IMG/VR virus record: IMGVR_UViG_3300045988_117192 | Span: 1-64,000 of that record | Reading direction: 5' to 3' (one strand) | DNA length: 64,000 nucleotides | DNA from: a virus | Part shown: positions 49,001 through 57,442 of the stretch, piece by piece | Position numbering within the stretch: position 1 is the stretch's first letter | Layout of the letters: each line of letters starts with the position of its first letter | Made by a program: the position numbers and the translations under genes | The notes under the pieces: generated by a model | The model's database searches: none | Seen by the model: only the letters and a program-made list of their open reading frames with translations | Told to the model about the DNA's origin: nothing

Positions 49001-52000
49001 CTAATACTAGAAAAGCTAGAAATAATAAACTTCTTAGTATTATGAAAGAAATTCTTTCAGATCCTAAAACTCTTGAAGAAAATCTTTCTCGTTCTAATTA
49101 TGATGATTTAGTTCGTGCTTGTAATGCTGTAATGAATCCTAATGTTAAAGCAGCTAGAGATGGTAGAAGTCCTTATAATGTATTTGACCAAATAGATTAT
49201 CAAGAAGATGCGATGAGTGGTGCTAAACTTAAAGCTTTTAGTGTTACACTTGATACTTTTTGTTCTGTTTGTAATAAAGTTAGACCAACATTAGAAAAAC
49301 CTGTTTATATTGTTTATAATACAGATGATTATAAAAATCCTCAAGCTATTTTAGATAGATTTAATGCAGGTAAGCTTAAAGATAAAGCTAAAACTTTTGC
49401 TATAAAACATAGTACTTATGGGTGGAGCAAAGATAATAGAAATGTAGCAGGTAAAATTCTTACAGCTTATTCTTCTCAAACTACAGCATTTATTCTTGAT
49501 GCTATCAAAGAAGGAGCTATACCTAATGTTAATGATTATACATTTTCAGTATTTAAAACTCTTGCTAATATAGGTACAGATTATAATACTTCTGTTGCAT
49601 TTATTATGCAACCTGGTATTGAAGAAATTGTAAAAGCTAATAACAGTAATAAATCTGTTTATTCTACAACTTCTGGTAATCCTATTCATCAAGCTATTAG
49701 AACTATTGCTAAACGATTAGAAATAAATGCTGAAGATAATGTTCCTATTACAACAGTACTTGCTTCTATTAATAAAAAATATAATAAAGAATTTAATAAA
49801 ATATTTAAACAACAAGGTGATGATACTATTACTATTAGTTTAAAAGAAGAAGATACTAAAAATCTTCCTATAATAGCTTCTATGCTTGTTGATAGACTTA
49901 AAAACACAGGTAAGTTTAGTAAAAGCTCCCCCGTAGAGAAGTCTTTGTTTGATTTAGGTGTTATACTTAGTTTTAATAAATTACATGATACAGCTAATAC
50001 TATAGGTGATATAGCTAGATGTTGTAATCCTGATAGATTTGGTGCTAAACAAACTGTTTTTGAAACTCGTCAAGTATTTACTAGTATAGATCAAACTATG
50101 TTTAATCAAGAAGTTTCTCCTGATACTGGTAGTATTATTAGACAATTAAGAGAACCAGTACTTTCTGTTAATGGTAAACATATATTAGCATCTATATATC
50201 CAGGCAGTGATGATATTAATAGTGATAGTAATGGTATAATTAATAATTTACTTAGAACTAACAGAATTGCTGAAAGTAGTTATCCATCATTATATGCTTT
50301 CTTAAAATATGCTTCTGCTACTAGTATTGTTGTTGCTAAAACAATATTTGATACGCAAGATGATGGTTTTGTAAAACTTATAACAGATTTTAAAGATGTA
50401 CTTAATGGTTATAATCAAACTATTAATGAAGATACATATAATGATTTACAAAAATATGTATTAAGTTCTTTATATAAACAAGTTCCTGCAATTAGATATC
50501 TTGTTAATGTTAGAACTAATGATAAAGGAGAAATTGAGATAACTCAAAATATTCCTACAGAAATCGATAAAATAGAAGAAGCTTCTAAAGCAGAAATTAC
50601 TAGAATTTATGGTTATGAACGTGATAATAGTATTTCTATTATTAATAAAGAAACCTATAAAGACGATAATGGTAAAACTAAAACTAAAACTATAATTACT
50701 AATTTTGAAGTAAAAGATATTAATAATCCTACAAAGGATGAAATGGAACTTTATGAACAACTTTCTCCTGCTCAAAAAGTTCAATTTATAAAATCTAATT
50801 TTAGTAATGCTGGTATATTTAGTTTACTTAATGTTAGTCTATTTAATAGTACTGCTAGAGGTAAATGGGTTGGTATGCAAACTTTAGAATATAAAGAACA
50901 AAATATAAATCCTAATGTAGTTTATGCTGAATTTAGAAAAGCTTTTTATAATAATAATCCTTTAATTGTTTCTGCTGCTATTGATTTAGTTAAATATGCT
51001 GCTCAAGTTGAAGGAATGAGAATGACTGCTACAGCTATTAATAAAATTATAGATAATAAATGTCTTGTACAACCTTTTGGTAGAAATGGATTAGGTTTTG
51101 TAGATAGTATTAAACAAACTATGAATGATATCAAAAATGGTAAAGGACATTTTGGTTATAATTTAGATGAAAATAATGATGTTAATTCTGAAGTAGAAAC
51201 TCTTTATGAAAATTATCTTAGAAGTCATCCTGAAACTAAAGGTATTAAAACTGTTTATTTAAGTAAAAGAACTCAAAGTAAATATGGATTATATAAACAT
51301 GATTTTGGTACTTATTATTTAAAGGTTAATGATGATAAGGATTCTCCTGAAGATAATCTTAAAGCTTTTAATCAAAGATTAGCTAATATAGGTATTAAAA
51401 CTTATCTTCCATTAAGTGATAAATACAAGACTAATAAATATATTAGATTTAGAGATAGTAAAAGTAATAATTTATACAGAATAGTTGAAGGTGATGGATA
51501 TATTGTTTTATATCCTTTATCTAAGCTAGAAGCTAATGAAAATAGTGAATGGTCTGCTAATGAAGATAATAATAGAGGTATTCTTAGTAAAAGAGCATAT
51601 ACTGTATTAACTAATGATTTTGCTAAAGTAAAAGATAGTCAAGAATTTACACATAACTTTATAAAAGAACGTATGGAACATTATAAAGAAACTGGTGAAA
51701 AGAAGACTTTCTTTTATAAAGAACGTAAGAATTATAATAGAAATGTTCCTGCTGCTGATTTTAGTATTGAAAAAGAAGCTGAAGATGGAGGTTCTATGGC
51801 TATTCTTCGTCAGCAAATAATTAATCATTTTAAAAATCCTCTTGCAGGTAGATTATTTGTTAAAAATGGTGCTTTAACTAATTATATATTTAGTCCTGGT
51901 GTAGAAAATGGTAGTGAACAAACTATTCATTTTGGTAATAATGATACTAGACGATTTATATTATCTATTCCCGATAATTTAAATAAAGTAGAAAAACAAT

Positions 52001-55000
52001 GTTTAAAAGGTGATAAAGATGGAAATAAAGTAAGTGTTAATAATATACAAACTCCTAGTCTTAGAACTATTGTTAAAAATGCTCAAGATGCTGGACTTAC
52101 TAGATTATCGGGAGTTGTTGAAGTTATACCTGTAGTTGAAAATGAAGCTTATGCTGCTAGTTTAGAAGAATTAGATTCTAATAGTATAGATTTTGCACAT
52201 AGTAGACGTGCTGCTAAAAATGATCAAGCTTCTATTGATTATCTTGAAAAACTTAGATCTAATGATATTAATGCTAGTATTGAAAGTATAGGTAAAACTG
52301 ATGAAAGTAGAAAATTAACTACTAGAGAAACAGCTAAATATGCTAGACATACTGCTGATTATATTAGAACTAAATTGTTTAATCAATTTATAGAAGATCC
52401 AGATAATGCTGATGCTTTTATTAGTATTACAGATGATAGAATTATAGCTATGATTAAAAAAGATCCTAAACTTATGGATAAGTATATGGAAGCTGTAAAC
52501 ATAGCACAAGCATTTATTAACGAATATACACCTTATCGAGAATTTGATGCTACATCTGAAGATTCAGAAATTAGAATGTATATTAATGATATAAAACAAG
52601 CTCTTGATGATGTAAGTAAACTTCCTTTATCTGATGTATTACAAAAAGGTGCTCAAGCTACACTTGATAAATATTCTACTAATCCTTTAGTTAAAGAAGG
52701 TCTTATTGATGTGATGGATGGTTATTGGAAAACTTACGGTGTTGCATGGCAATTTAATGATATAATGGAAAATGGTACTCCTATTTTACAAGTTATGCTT
52801 AAAAATGTCATGGATGATATAGATGCTAGAGATAAAGCTTTTCAACATAAAACTAAAAAAGAATTTTGGAATAGAATACGAGAAATTCAAGCTGAAGCTA
52901 GACGTAAAGGTGAAACTATTGATTGGAATCATATAGTTGATGAAGATGGTAGATTTATTCAAGATTATGATAATAAGTTTATTGATGATATGCAAGAACT
53001 TAGAAATAAAATGAATGAAGAAGCTAGACTTAACGGTTATGGTAGTTTACCTCATCTTAAAACTAAACTTGAATATGATCAATTTAAAGCTAATCATTGT
53101 AATCAACCAGCTGCTGGTATGTATTATCAAAGAAAATGTGCTTTAGAAAGAGCTATTATTTATGGTTATGATGTTAAAGGTGATCCAAATTTACCTTTTG
53201 AAAGTATTGATAGACATGTTCCAGGTTTTCCTGATATATATTCTAAATATATGAAGCTATTTTATAAACGTCTTGATATATTTCATTATATGTCTAATGA
53301 TGGTCTTAATGAAAATCAAAGACAAGAGCTTAATAAGCTTAATCAAGAGATGTTTAATCTTGTAAGACCTGGTATTTATGCTGATGAAAGTGGTAGATTA
53401 CAAGAAAGACCTTATGTTGATGAAGGTATGGCTGTTACAGATAATGATACTTTAAAATTTTATAGTAGAGAATCTCAAAGAGCTTTAAAAACTTTTCTTG
53501 ATAATATTGCACAACTTAATGATGAATATTTCGCTTATGATTCAGCTTATGGTTTTGAAGATCAACTTAAAATAAATTTAAATATTATTGCTAGTTATGA
53601 AAACAGAGATGCTAATGGAATTCCTCAAAAACCACAAGATTGGTTAGATGCTCAACCTGAATATTATGAAGCTAAACAATGGGTTCAAAATAATGCTAGA
53701 TTTGTATTAAATACAGCTAATGATGAAAATGGTGAAGCTAATAGTATAGGAGCTAAACTTAAAGAATCTTTCAGATTGTTAGGTTTAACTAGTAGTGGTA
53801 AAAATAGAAGTGCCGCTGATGTTATGCGCAATCATAATAATGGTGAAGGTATTTATGATGAAAATCATGTATTAGATGGTAGAAAACTATCTGATGAGGA
53901 ATTAGCTGAAGTAAAAGATAAACAATTATATGATTATAAAACTAAAGATTGTCCTCCTTTTACAGATAGAGTATTAATTTCTAATGCTAAACCTGATAAT
54001 ACTGTTTTTACTAGTGACTTTTACGAAGGTATGAGTAAAAGTAGAACTAATAATGCTAATCAAGCATATTTAGCATGTGTAACTGAACTTAATAAACTAT
54101 TAGAACCTTATTATAACAATGTAGATGGTAATATTCATTTTGAACAAATTCCAGATACAGATGAAGGTATCGAACTTCTTAAAAAAATAGCTCAAAAATA
54201 TCAAGAAATTAGAGCTTATAAAGAAACAGATAATACTGACAGAAGTGTATCAGATTTTATAAAAGATAATGTTGAATTTGTTACTAATAAAGTTGCTTGG
54301 AATGGTCAAATAGCTGCTATAAAAAGTGGTAATTTTAGTGATGATTTTAAAAACGCTTTTATATTATTAGCTTATGAACGTAAATCTAATGGTGATTTTG
54401 TTCAAAGAAATGGTAATTTTGTTCCTAATAGATTCCTTTATAGTTACGCTAAACCACAAGGTAAACCTGGAGATCCTTCTTATGAACGTTTTGTAGATCA
54501 TAAACGTAATGAAGCTTTAAATCTCGTTAATCAAATTTATCGTAAAGTTTCTACTAAATATTATTATCAATCAATGCACGAAGCTATGGCTAAAGCCCAA
54601 AAGAATGGTAATTATAATTATATGGATTGGTATGTTGCCAATCATATATACAATCCTTATACTCGTAAAATGCAACCATTAGATTGTTGGCTTACTAGTG
54701 AAGTTCGTGATGAATTATTTAAAGATAATACTTTTGAAGGTAAATGGGTTCCTAGAAGTAATCAAAGAGATAAAGTAGTTCGCGATGGTACTTTTAGTAC
54801 TGTTGTAGCTGGACAAAAAATTAGTGCTTATGATAAAGATCGTGATATGAGAAATCATGATTATAATCCTGATCTTGGTCTTATAGGCAATTACGTAAAA
54901 GGTAGCCAAAAAGGTAAATATGATAGTAAAATAGTTATGAATGATTCTGAAAAAGCTATGCGAGATTATCTTCAAAAAATTCTTATGCAAACAGCTAATG

Positions 55001-57360
55001 TAGAATCTGCTCGTAGATATTTTGAAAGAGGCTATTTACCTGCAAGTTTAAAACCTAAAGATACAGATCTTAAAATGCTTGGTAAAGAAGGTTTAAAATT
55101 AGTTGGTATTGGTATTTCTTCTGAAAATGGTAAGAAAGATTGGTATAATGAAATAGGTTATGAGTTTGATAAAACTCCTTTAATGCCTATGACTAAACTT
55201 CTTGAAAGTAAACAAACTATTGATTTACAAAAGAAAATTAAACAAATTAATGAACGTACTATTACAAGAGAACAATTCAATACTGATGAAGAATTTAATA
55301 AAGCTATTACTGAACATGATGAAAAAATAACTGCATTAGAAGCTCAATTAAAGAAAGAAAGAAATGCTCTTCTTAATAGAGATTGGTTAAATGTTATAGA
55401 CTGTTATCTAGAACAAGCTAATAGATATAATGCTATTAATGATAATAAAACTAAATTATATTTTCTTCATAATGTTCTAAAAAGTATGCAAATGTATTCT
55501 AGAAAATATGGTCTTACAGGTGATTTAGATAAAAATACTAGAAAATCTTCTGAAGGTAATATTTATAGTAAAAGTGTTGATGAAAATCTTATCAAACAAT
55601 ACGAGAATACTTTACGTAGACTTTTATTTGACCAATGGAAAGCTAAAGAAGGTAATATAACAAAATATGCTAATACACTTCAAGGATTTGTTTCAGCTAA
55701 CTATATGATGTTAAATGTTAGAGGTGGTATTTCTAATGTTACATTAGGTGAAACAGGTATTTTAGCTGAGGCTTTTGCTGGTGAATTTTTTAGTAAAGGT
55801 GATTGGGTTTTTGGTACTAAAGAATGGACTAAGGGTTCTTTAGGTTTTGCTAGAGGAGGTTTTGAAGCTATGTTTAATCATGAAGGAACTTCTTATAACA
55901 AACAAGATGCTATTATTAAATTTTTTAATGTAGTTGATTATGATGAAATAGCTGGTGTTGTTCATGAATTAAATCTTGAAGAATATAGTAAAAAACTTCG
56001 TGATGCTATGTTTAGTTCTCAAACTATAGGTGAACATTTTATGCAAAATAGTGTATTATTTGGTATGCTACATGGACATAAAATTGTTACTATGCTTGAT
56101 GGTTCTGTTATGGCTATGAATAAAAGACAGTATATTGATTATCGTCAAAGTCAAATTCTTGATAGTATTTTATCTGAAGATCAACTTAAAACTTATAATG
56201 AATTTAAAGAAAATATTAAAAAAGATCCTAATAAACTTAAAGATTATGCTTGGTTTAGAAGAGATGCTTTAACTGATTGGGTTTATCTTCATACAAGTAA
56301 AGAACAATCTGATAAATTCTTTGCCGAACGTAATAAGAAAGAAAAAGAATTTGCTAAAGAATTTGATGATAAAATTAATATGTATGACCAAATAGAACTT
56401 GGTAACGATGGTAAACTTGCTTTTAAAGAAGGTTCTGAGTTGGCTGAGTTAGATAAAAAACCCCATAATGGTTCTTCTGAAATAAGTGAAGCTATGGCTT
56501 TAGTTGGTGCTTTTTCTAACAAAGTTCGTAAAGTAAATAATAGAATACATGGTGCATATAATAGGCAATCTGCTGCTTATATCGAACGTACATGGTGGGG
56601 TAGTTTAGTTATGCAATATCATAAACATTTACCTATAGGTATTCTTAAAAGATATATGGCTAGAGGTCATTATAATGAAACTAGAGGTAGTGTTGATAAA
56701 GGTATGGTTCAAACTATTAAAGATTTGTTTAGACTTAATTGGGATAAAATTAAAGTAGATGCAGGTCTTACAGATGAACAAGCTGAAGCTGGTAAAAGTT
56801 TTACTTTTATTTTAGCACATAGTTTTGATTATCTTACTCAATTAAGACAAACACTTAAAGTAATTCCTCCTTATGAAAAAGCTAATATTATTAGAAATTT
56901 AGGTGATCTTACAGCAGTATTAGGAGGTATGGCAATGGTTGCAGCTCTTTGGTATATTGCAGATGACGATAATGAAATGCAAGATAGTATTTGGTTTAAT
57001 ATGTGGCTTTATGAAGCTGATAGACTTACTTCTGAAGGTTTCTTATATAATCCTTTAGGTTTAGCTAATGAAACTAAAAAGATAATGAGTACTCCTATTG
57101 CTGCTCAAAGTATTATAACAGATGGTTTAAATACTATCAAAGGTATTATTGAATGGATGTTTGATGATGAATATGATCCTTATTATCATAGTGGTCGTTT
57201 TGCTGGTGAACGTAAAATATCTGTTTATATTCAAAGACGTATTCCTATATGGAATGGTATTAGAGGCGTTATTGATAGTCCTACAAATAATCATTATTAT
57301 AAAGTTGCTGAGAATCCTATTGGTATATTTGATATTAAAAAACGAGTAACTGGTGATTAA
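43075..57360 (+). CDS. giant RNA polymerase-like virion protein (4761 aa) carrying a DxDxD (DFDID) motif
   Basis: An uninterrupted 14.3-kb ORF. DFDID is encoded at 48370-48384 within TGSDFDIDSVYG. This resembles the double-psi beta-barrel catalytic motif of crAss-like virion RNAPs. Two in-frame motif copies lie at 46332-46351 and 49924-49941. Confidence 0.6.
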   Translation: MNCFARISSSKTGNELRKLIGDNDVLFTTMLLEASDVNGFTEDFQKVYKESNKGAIAPLLDPKTKPQASKIAKAIYNYYYKKHPSIDSTVRNQDSDNNTTLFGYSSIFNREKGKAHVATFILDTFNNLQNSGAELKKNKLEYYRKQAKKAWLNMIFDSISKRDNKKVDDLKKEYKNAEDKASYINELLGGNEKNITYSNYYAVYQELFASDKTSLNYINEVFTNPNLADVYHQIKGDLDEENSKLGAQGNEELNGKNPEGSEVNDVELDTSITTLNNHIGVYTSFMTHVGPRIRNYFNTLRKLASPTIGDFDTSNDYGIAETMDANACSSMLYNQATFHNVDDMIKSIQHIGQTVSGFEAFVKLAKDLEDNPDFATEMFTVFAKTKIDKLETVVKDGMPITRISNASATPRNVLVFDLRNDIKGVIRDNNAFVIASYIKVLDDNTDEALKNIKKLSDKNYSEKDKINFKNKADNTLGKAKQEIIRLIKTYYPSVQDAAILSYIEMNNNAAGNTKIQLENIQALSKDINDACKATDRSYNALQQMTIRAAKIKENNDNLDKARKRGEIIDFNEYQNEKSVYSDDFIEPQDASIQKIVNKLLPYSIINTQLNSRNIHGNNTSNIINNSLITQIDKMLKDNYEERVYDANGKFLYTRIRNKTLEAWGLEKLRSKQYKYSNILLEQTDENGKVLNRGIFKYVNGQLVISENAENLIKLRLFDGAGNMDNNTNLSYSEMTSGDYLPTDFINFFNTKTNEIKDVANYFLRTPSDAPKTFTIRAPKYNTHDLFTVEDKESFNDTINDIVKTHANVLTAEDYNNKYRPDSKNFYFSKLQTYNIENYLTPTENTTIPITDVRSIKKIEGTEKEDGSYEAYVTYGDDKTGDIVVVKGTIEKTKSQKGYHLINVSYEGTFNNTKNYENGIPTNVSSYLTKYYHTELLKHDITINDKTWTKAEQIVNVNHPVYKMIKNQFKQEMLDAAVALSHYFNFRQDEDGYYSIELKKLPNDEISKEPKFKEGMSNTKGYKFYHLGSNGTVLEKNGEGFKLAGNVFHSNKFTLAVESADGTISKKNYLDEIISNDLDKRYDGSINLLYGGAMRIVATLEEDGNYNVEDVIFSDLQQEKINKALSDFLTEYQKQAINKIDSYKNFIQGVDITSENITSFAINNLLMHYNYDELFEGNTKFYKDSQTILKRAKEYQGSGVPYGIANYNIFNNEDLSDVTKHSFLNNGTIEETSKDSEGKEIINKVSIQDLFKGTLFEGTTQRYGFRGVTIKNTQRTNVSALEELVKKLVKDSKIDEEAAREILFGPIVIKNGKIVRDKEGNPVRKGGFTETKVNDAQSYITVQEWVRRISARGQLQRYLPLIKKIIEADKNPDIKLDAKTIKEFVQVQKNFYYDMHYDKNYGIYVPRQIKNAEFVLIPSLIKGTQLEYVYNMMREGNIDQLNTIETSKAANEEVLTIWDNDAKIKGLDGVVDEDEIAKATSKYARQLEENAQIYSYNNLYTQQETPQHMNAENKAGIQLMKKLVDNLPDDDSDLGKLKKEYFKLFTRNIEESFTDLLDNFEIPYDENGNIELDDLNHIKNVNLKVFYNKLKEELMRTGIDSNLNDYVTIPEGSSIPSMPAALMNNVLTKFESVVQSLFNNNITRQKLPGFHAAQITNVGWSPLNETIEDVSYNKTLKYHPEGEPYIEVMLPASFLGINKNDEHYKNMTNKEIIAELEAKGLDMIIGYRIPTEGKQSVCNMKVVGITDDAFGSTIVVPDDWVSQTGSDFDIDSVYGIQFETYKTKSGEVFPVEYKEAKNRTKYDWFNYILKFAKDDSLDPNVKSKIVDAKNKIKSELQTELNKLQNEEKEVWNKFDKNAQKIIKQRQDKITQAIKKQGLEGEDAYHYRLTKLISFLNNTKKTAKNKNTNFIKIIDETIPTIKAIDDFIITQEGKYNEKSKKRIDSILNEKLDTFNNAAKNGGLLTLDDYLKSENDLKANTRKARNNKLLSIMKEILSDPKTLEENLSRSNYDDLVRACNAVMNPNVKAARDGRSPYNVFDQIDYQEDAMSGAKLKAFSVTLDTFCSVCNKVRPTLEKPVYIVYNTDDYKNPQAILDRFNAGKLKDKAKTFAIKHSTYGWSKDNRNVAGKILTAYSSQTTAFILDAIKEGAIPNVNDYTFSVFKTLANIGTDYNTSVAFIMQPGIEEIVKANNSNKSVYSTTSGNPIHQAIRTIAKRLEINAEDNVPITTVLASINKKYNKEFNKIFKQQGDDTITISLKEEDTKNLPIIASMLVDRLKNTGKFSKSSPVEKSLFDLGVILSFNKLHDTANTIGDIARCCNPDRFGAKQTVFETRQVFTSIDQTMFNQEVSPDTGSIIRQLREPVLSVNGKHILASIYPGSDDINSDSNGIINNLLRTNRIAESSYPSLYAFLKYASATSIVVAKTIFDTQDDGFVKLITDFKDVLNGYNQTINEDTYNDLQKYVLSSLYKQVPAIRYLVNVRTNDKGEIEITQNIPTEIDKIEEASKAEITRIYGYERDNSISIINKETYKDDNGKTKTKTIITNFEVKDINNPTKDEMELYEQLSPAQKVQFIKSNFSNAGIFSLLNVSLFNSTARGKWVGMQTLEYKEQNINPNVVYAEFRKAFYNNNPLIVSAAIDLVKYAAQVEGMRMTATAINKIIDNKCLVQPFGRNGLGFVDSIKQTMNDIKNGKGHFGYNLDENNDVNSEVETLYENYLRSHPETKGIKTVYLSKRTQSKYGLYKHDFGTYYLKVNDDKDSPEDNLKAFNQRLANIGIKTYLPLSDKYKTNKYIRFRDSKSNNLYRIVEGDGYIVLYPLSKLEANENSEWSANEDNNRGILSKRAYTVLTNDFAKVKDSQEFTHNFIKERMEHYKETGEKKTFFYKERKNYNRNVPAADFSIEKEAEDGGSMAILRQQIINHFKNPLAGRLFVKNGALTNYIFSPGVENGSEQTIHFGNNDTRRFILSIPDNLNKVEKQCLKGDKDGNKVSVNNIQTPSLRTIVKNAQDAGLTRLSGVVEVIPVVENEAYAASLEELDSNSIDFAHSRRAAKNDQASIDYLEKLRSNDINASIESIGKTDESRKLTTRETAKYARHTADYIRTKLFNQFIEDPDNADAFISITDDRIIAMIKKDPKLMDKYMEAVNIAQAFINEYTPYREFDATSEDSEIRMYINDIKQALDDVSKLPLSDVLQKGAQATLDKYSTNPLVKEGLIDVMDGYWKTYGVAWQFNDIMENGTPILQVMLKNVMDDIDARDKAFQHKTKKEFWNRIREIQAEARRKGETIDWNHIVDEDGRFIQDYDNKFIDDMQELRNKMNEEARLNGYGSLPHLKTKLEYDQFKANHCNQPAAGMYYQRKCALERAIIYGYDVKGDPNLPFESIDRHVPGFPDIYSKYMKLFYKRLDIFHYMSNDGLNENQRQELNKLNQEMFNLVRPGIYADESGRLQERPYVDEGMAVTDNDTLKFYSRESQRALKTFLDNIAQLNDEYFAYDSAYGFEDQLKINLNIIASYENRDANGIPQKPQDWLDAQPEYYEAKQWVQNNARFVLNTANDENGEANSIGAKLKESFRLLGLTSSGKNRSAADVMRNHNNGEGIYDENHVLDGRKLSDEELAEVKDKQLYDYKTKDCPPFTDRVLISNAKPDNTVFTSDFYEGMSKSRTNNANQAYLACVTELNKLLEPYYNNVDGNIHFEQIPDTDEGIELLKKIAQKYQEIRAYKETDNTDRSVSDFIKDNVEFVTNKVAWNGQIAAIKSGNFSDDFKNAFILLAYERKSNGDFVQRNGNFVPNRFLYSYAKPQGKPGDPSYERFVDHKRNEALNLVNQIYRKVSTKYYYQSMHEAMAKAQKNGNYNYMDWYVANHIYNPYTRKMQPLDCWLTSEVRDELFKDNTFEGKWVPRSNQRDKVVRDGTFSTVVAGQKISAYDKDRDMRNHDYNPDLGLIGNYVKGSQKGKYDSKIVMNDSEKAMRDYLQKILMQTANVESARRYFERGYLPASLKPKDTDLKMLGKEGLKLVGIGISSENGKKDWYNEIGYEFDKTPLMPMTKLLESKQTIDLQKKIKQINERTITREQFNTDEEFNKAITEHDEKITALEAQLKKERNALLNRDWLNVIDCYLEQANRYNAINDNKTKLYFLHNVLKSMQMYSRKYGLTGDLDKNTRKSSEGNIYSKSVDENLIKQYENTLRRLLFDQWKAKEGNITKYANTLQGFVSANYMMLNVRGGISNVTLGETGILAEAFAGEFFSKGDWVFGTKEWTKGSLGFARGGFEAMFNHEGTSYNKQDAIIKFFNVVDYDEIAGVVHELNLEEYSKKLRDAMFSSQTIGEHFMQNSVLFGMLHGHKIVTMLDGSVMAMNKRQYIDYRQSQILDSILSEDQLKTYNEFKENIKKDPNKLKDYAWFRRDALTDWVYLHTSKEQSDKFFAERNKKEKEFAKEFDDKINMYDQIELGNDGKLAFKEGSELAELDKKPHNGSSEISEAMALVGAFSNKVRKVNNRIHGAYNRQSAAYIERTWWGSLVMQYHKHLPIGILKRYMARGHYNETRGSVDKGMVQTIKDLFRLNWDKIKVDAGLTDEQAEAGKSFTFILAHSFDYLTQLRQTLKVIPPYEKANIIRNLGDLTAVLGGMAMVAALWYIADDDNEMQDSIWFNMWLYEADRLTSEGFLYNPLGLANETKKIMSTPIAAQSIITDGLNTIKGIIEWMFDDEYDPYYHSGRFAGERKISVYIQRRIPIWNGIRGVIDSPTNNHYYKVAENPIGIFDIKKRVTGD
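46332..46351 (+). repeat. dispersed motif copy 10 (forward variant TCTTCTCTACGGGGGAGCTA)
   Basis: Direct read. In-frame in the RNAP-like gene (LLYGGAM). Confidence 0.85.
49924..49941 (-). repeat. dispersed motif copy 11 (reverse variant AGCTCCCCCGTAGAGAAG)
   Basis: Direct read. An exact reverse complement of copy 10, including the CTC variant. In-frame in the RNAP-like gene (SSPVEKS). Confidence 0.85.
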
Positions 57361-57373
57361 TGTAGTTTAGTAA

Positions 57374-57392
57374 TAACTCCCCCGTAGAAGAG
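57374..57392 (-). repeat. dispersed motif copy 12 (reverse: TAACTCCCCCGTAGAAGAG), followed by a truncated forward copy CTCTTCTAC at 57411-57419
   Basis: Direct read. Intergenic, immediately after the 4761-aa gene. Forms a terminator-like hairpin. Confidence 0.9.
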
Positions 57393-57419
57393 TTGTGTAT
57401 AATCTACCAACTCTTCTAC
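57385..57419 (+). terminator. hairpin (12-bp stem GTAGAAGAGTTG / CAACTCTTCTAC) built from a reverse motif copy plus a truncated forward copy
   Basis: Lies 25 bp after the giant-gene stop. Perfect inverted repeat with an 11-nt loop, followed by TTAATAATAAAT. Confidence 0.5.
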
Positions 57420-57442
57420 TTAATAATAAATTAAATAATATT

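Noticed and set aside
35365-57360. Inteins, group I/II introns or stop-codon recoding inside the giant genes
   Set aside because: Both giant ORFs are continuous under the standard code. No embedded endonuclease-like or intein-splicing-block sequences are recognisable. The only insert-like segments are the short motif-flanked modules reported above.
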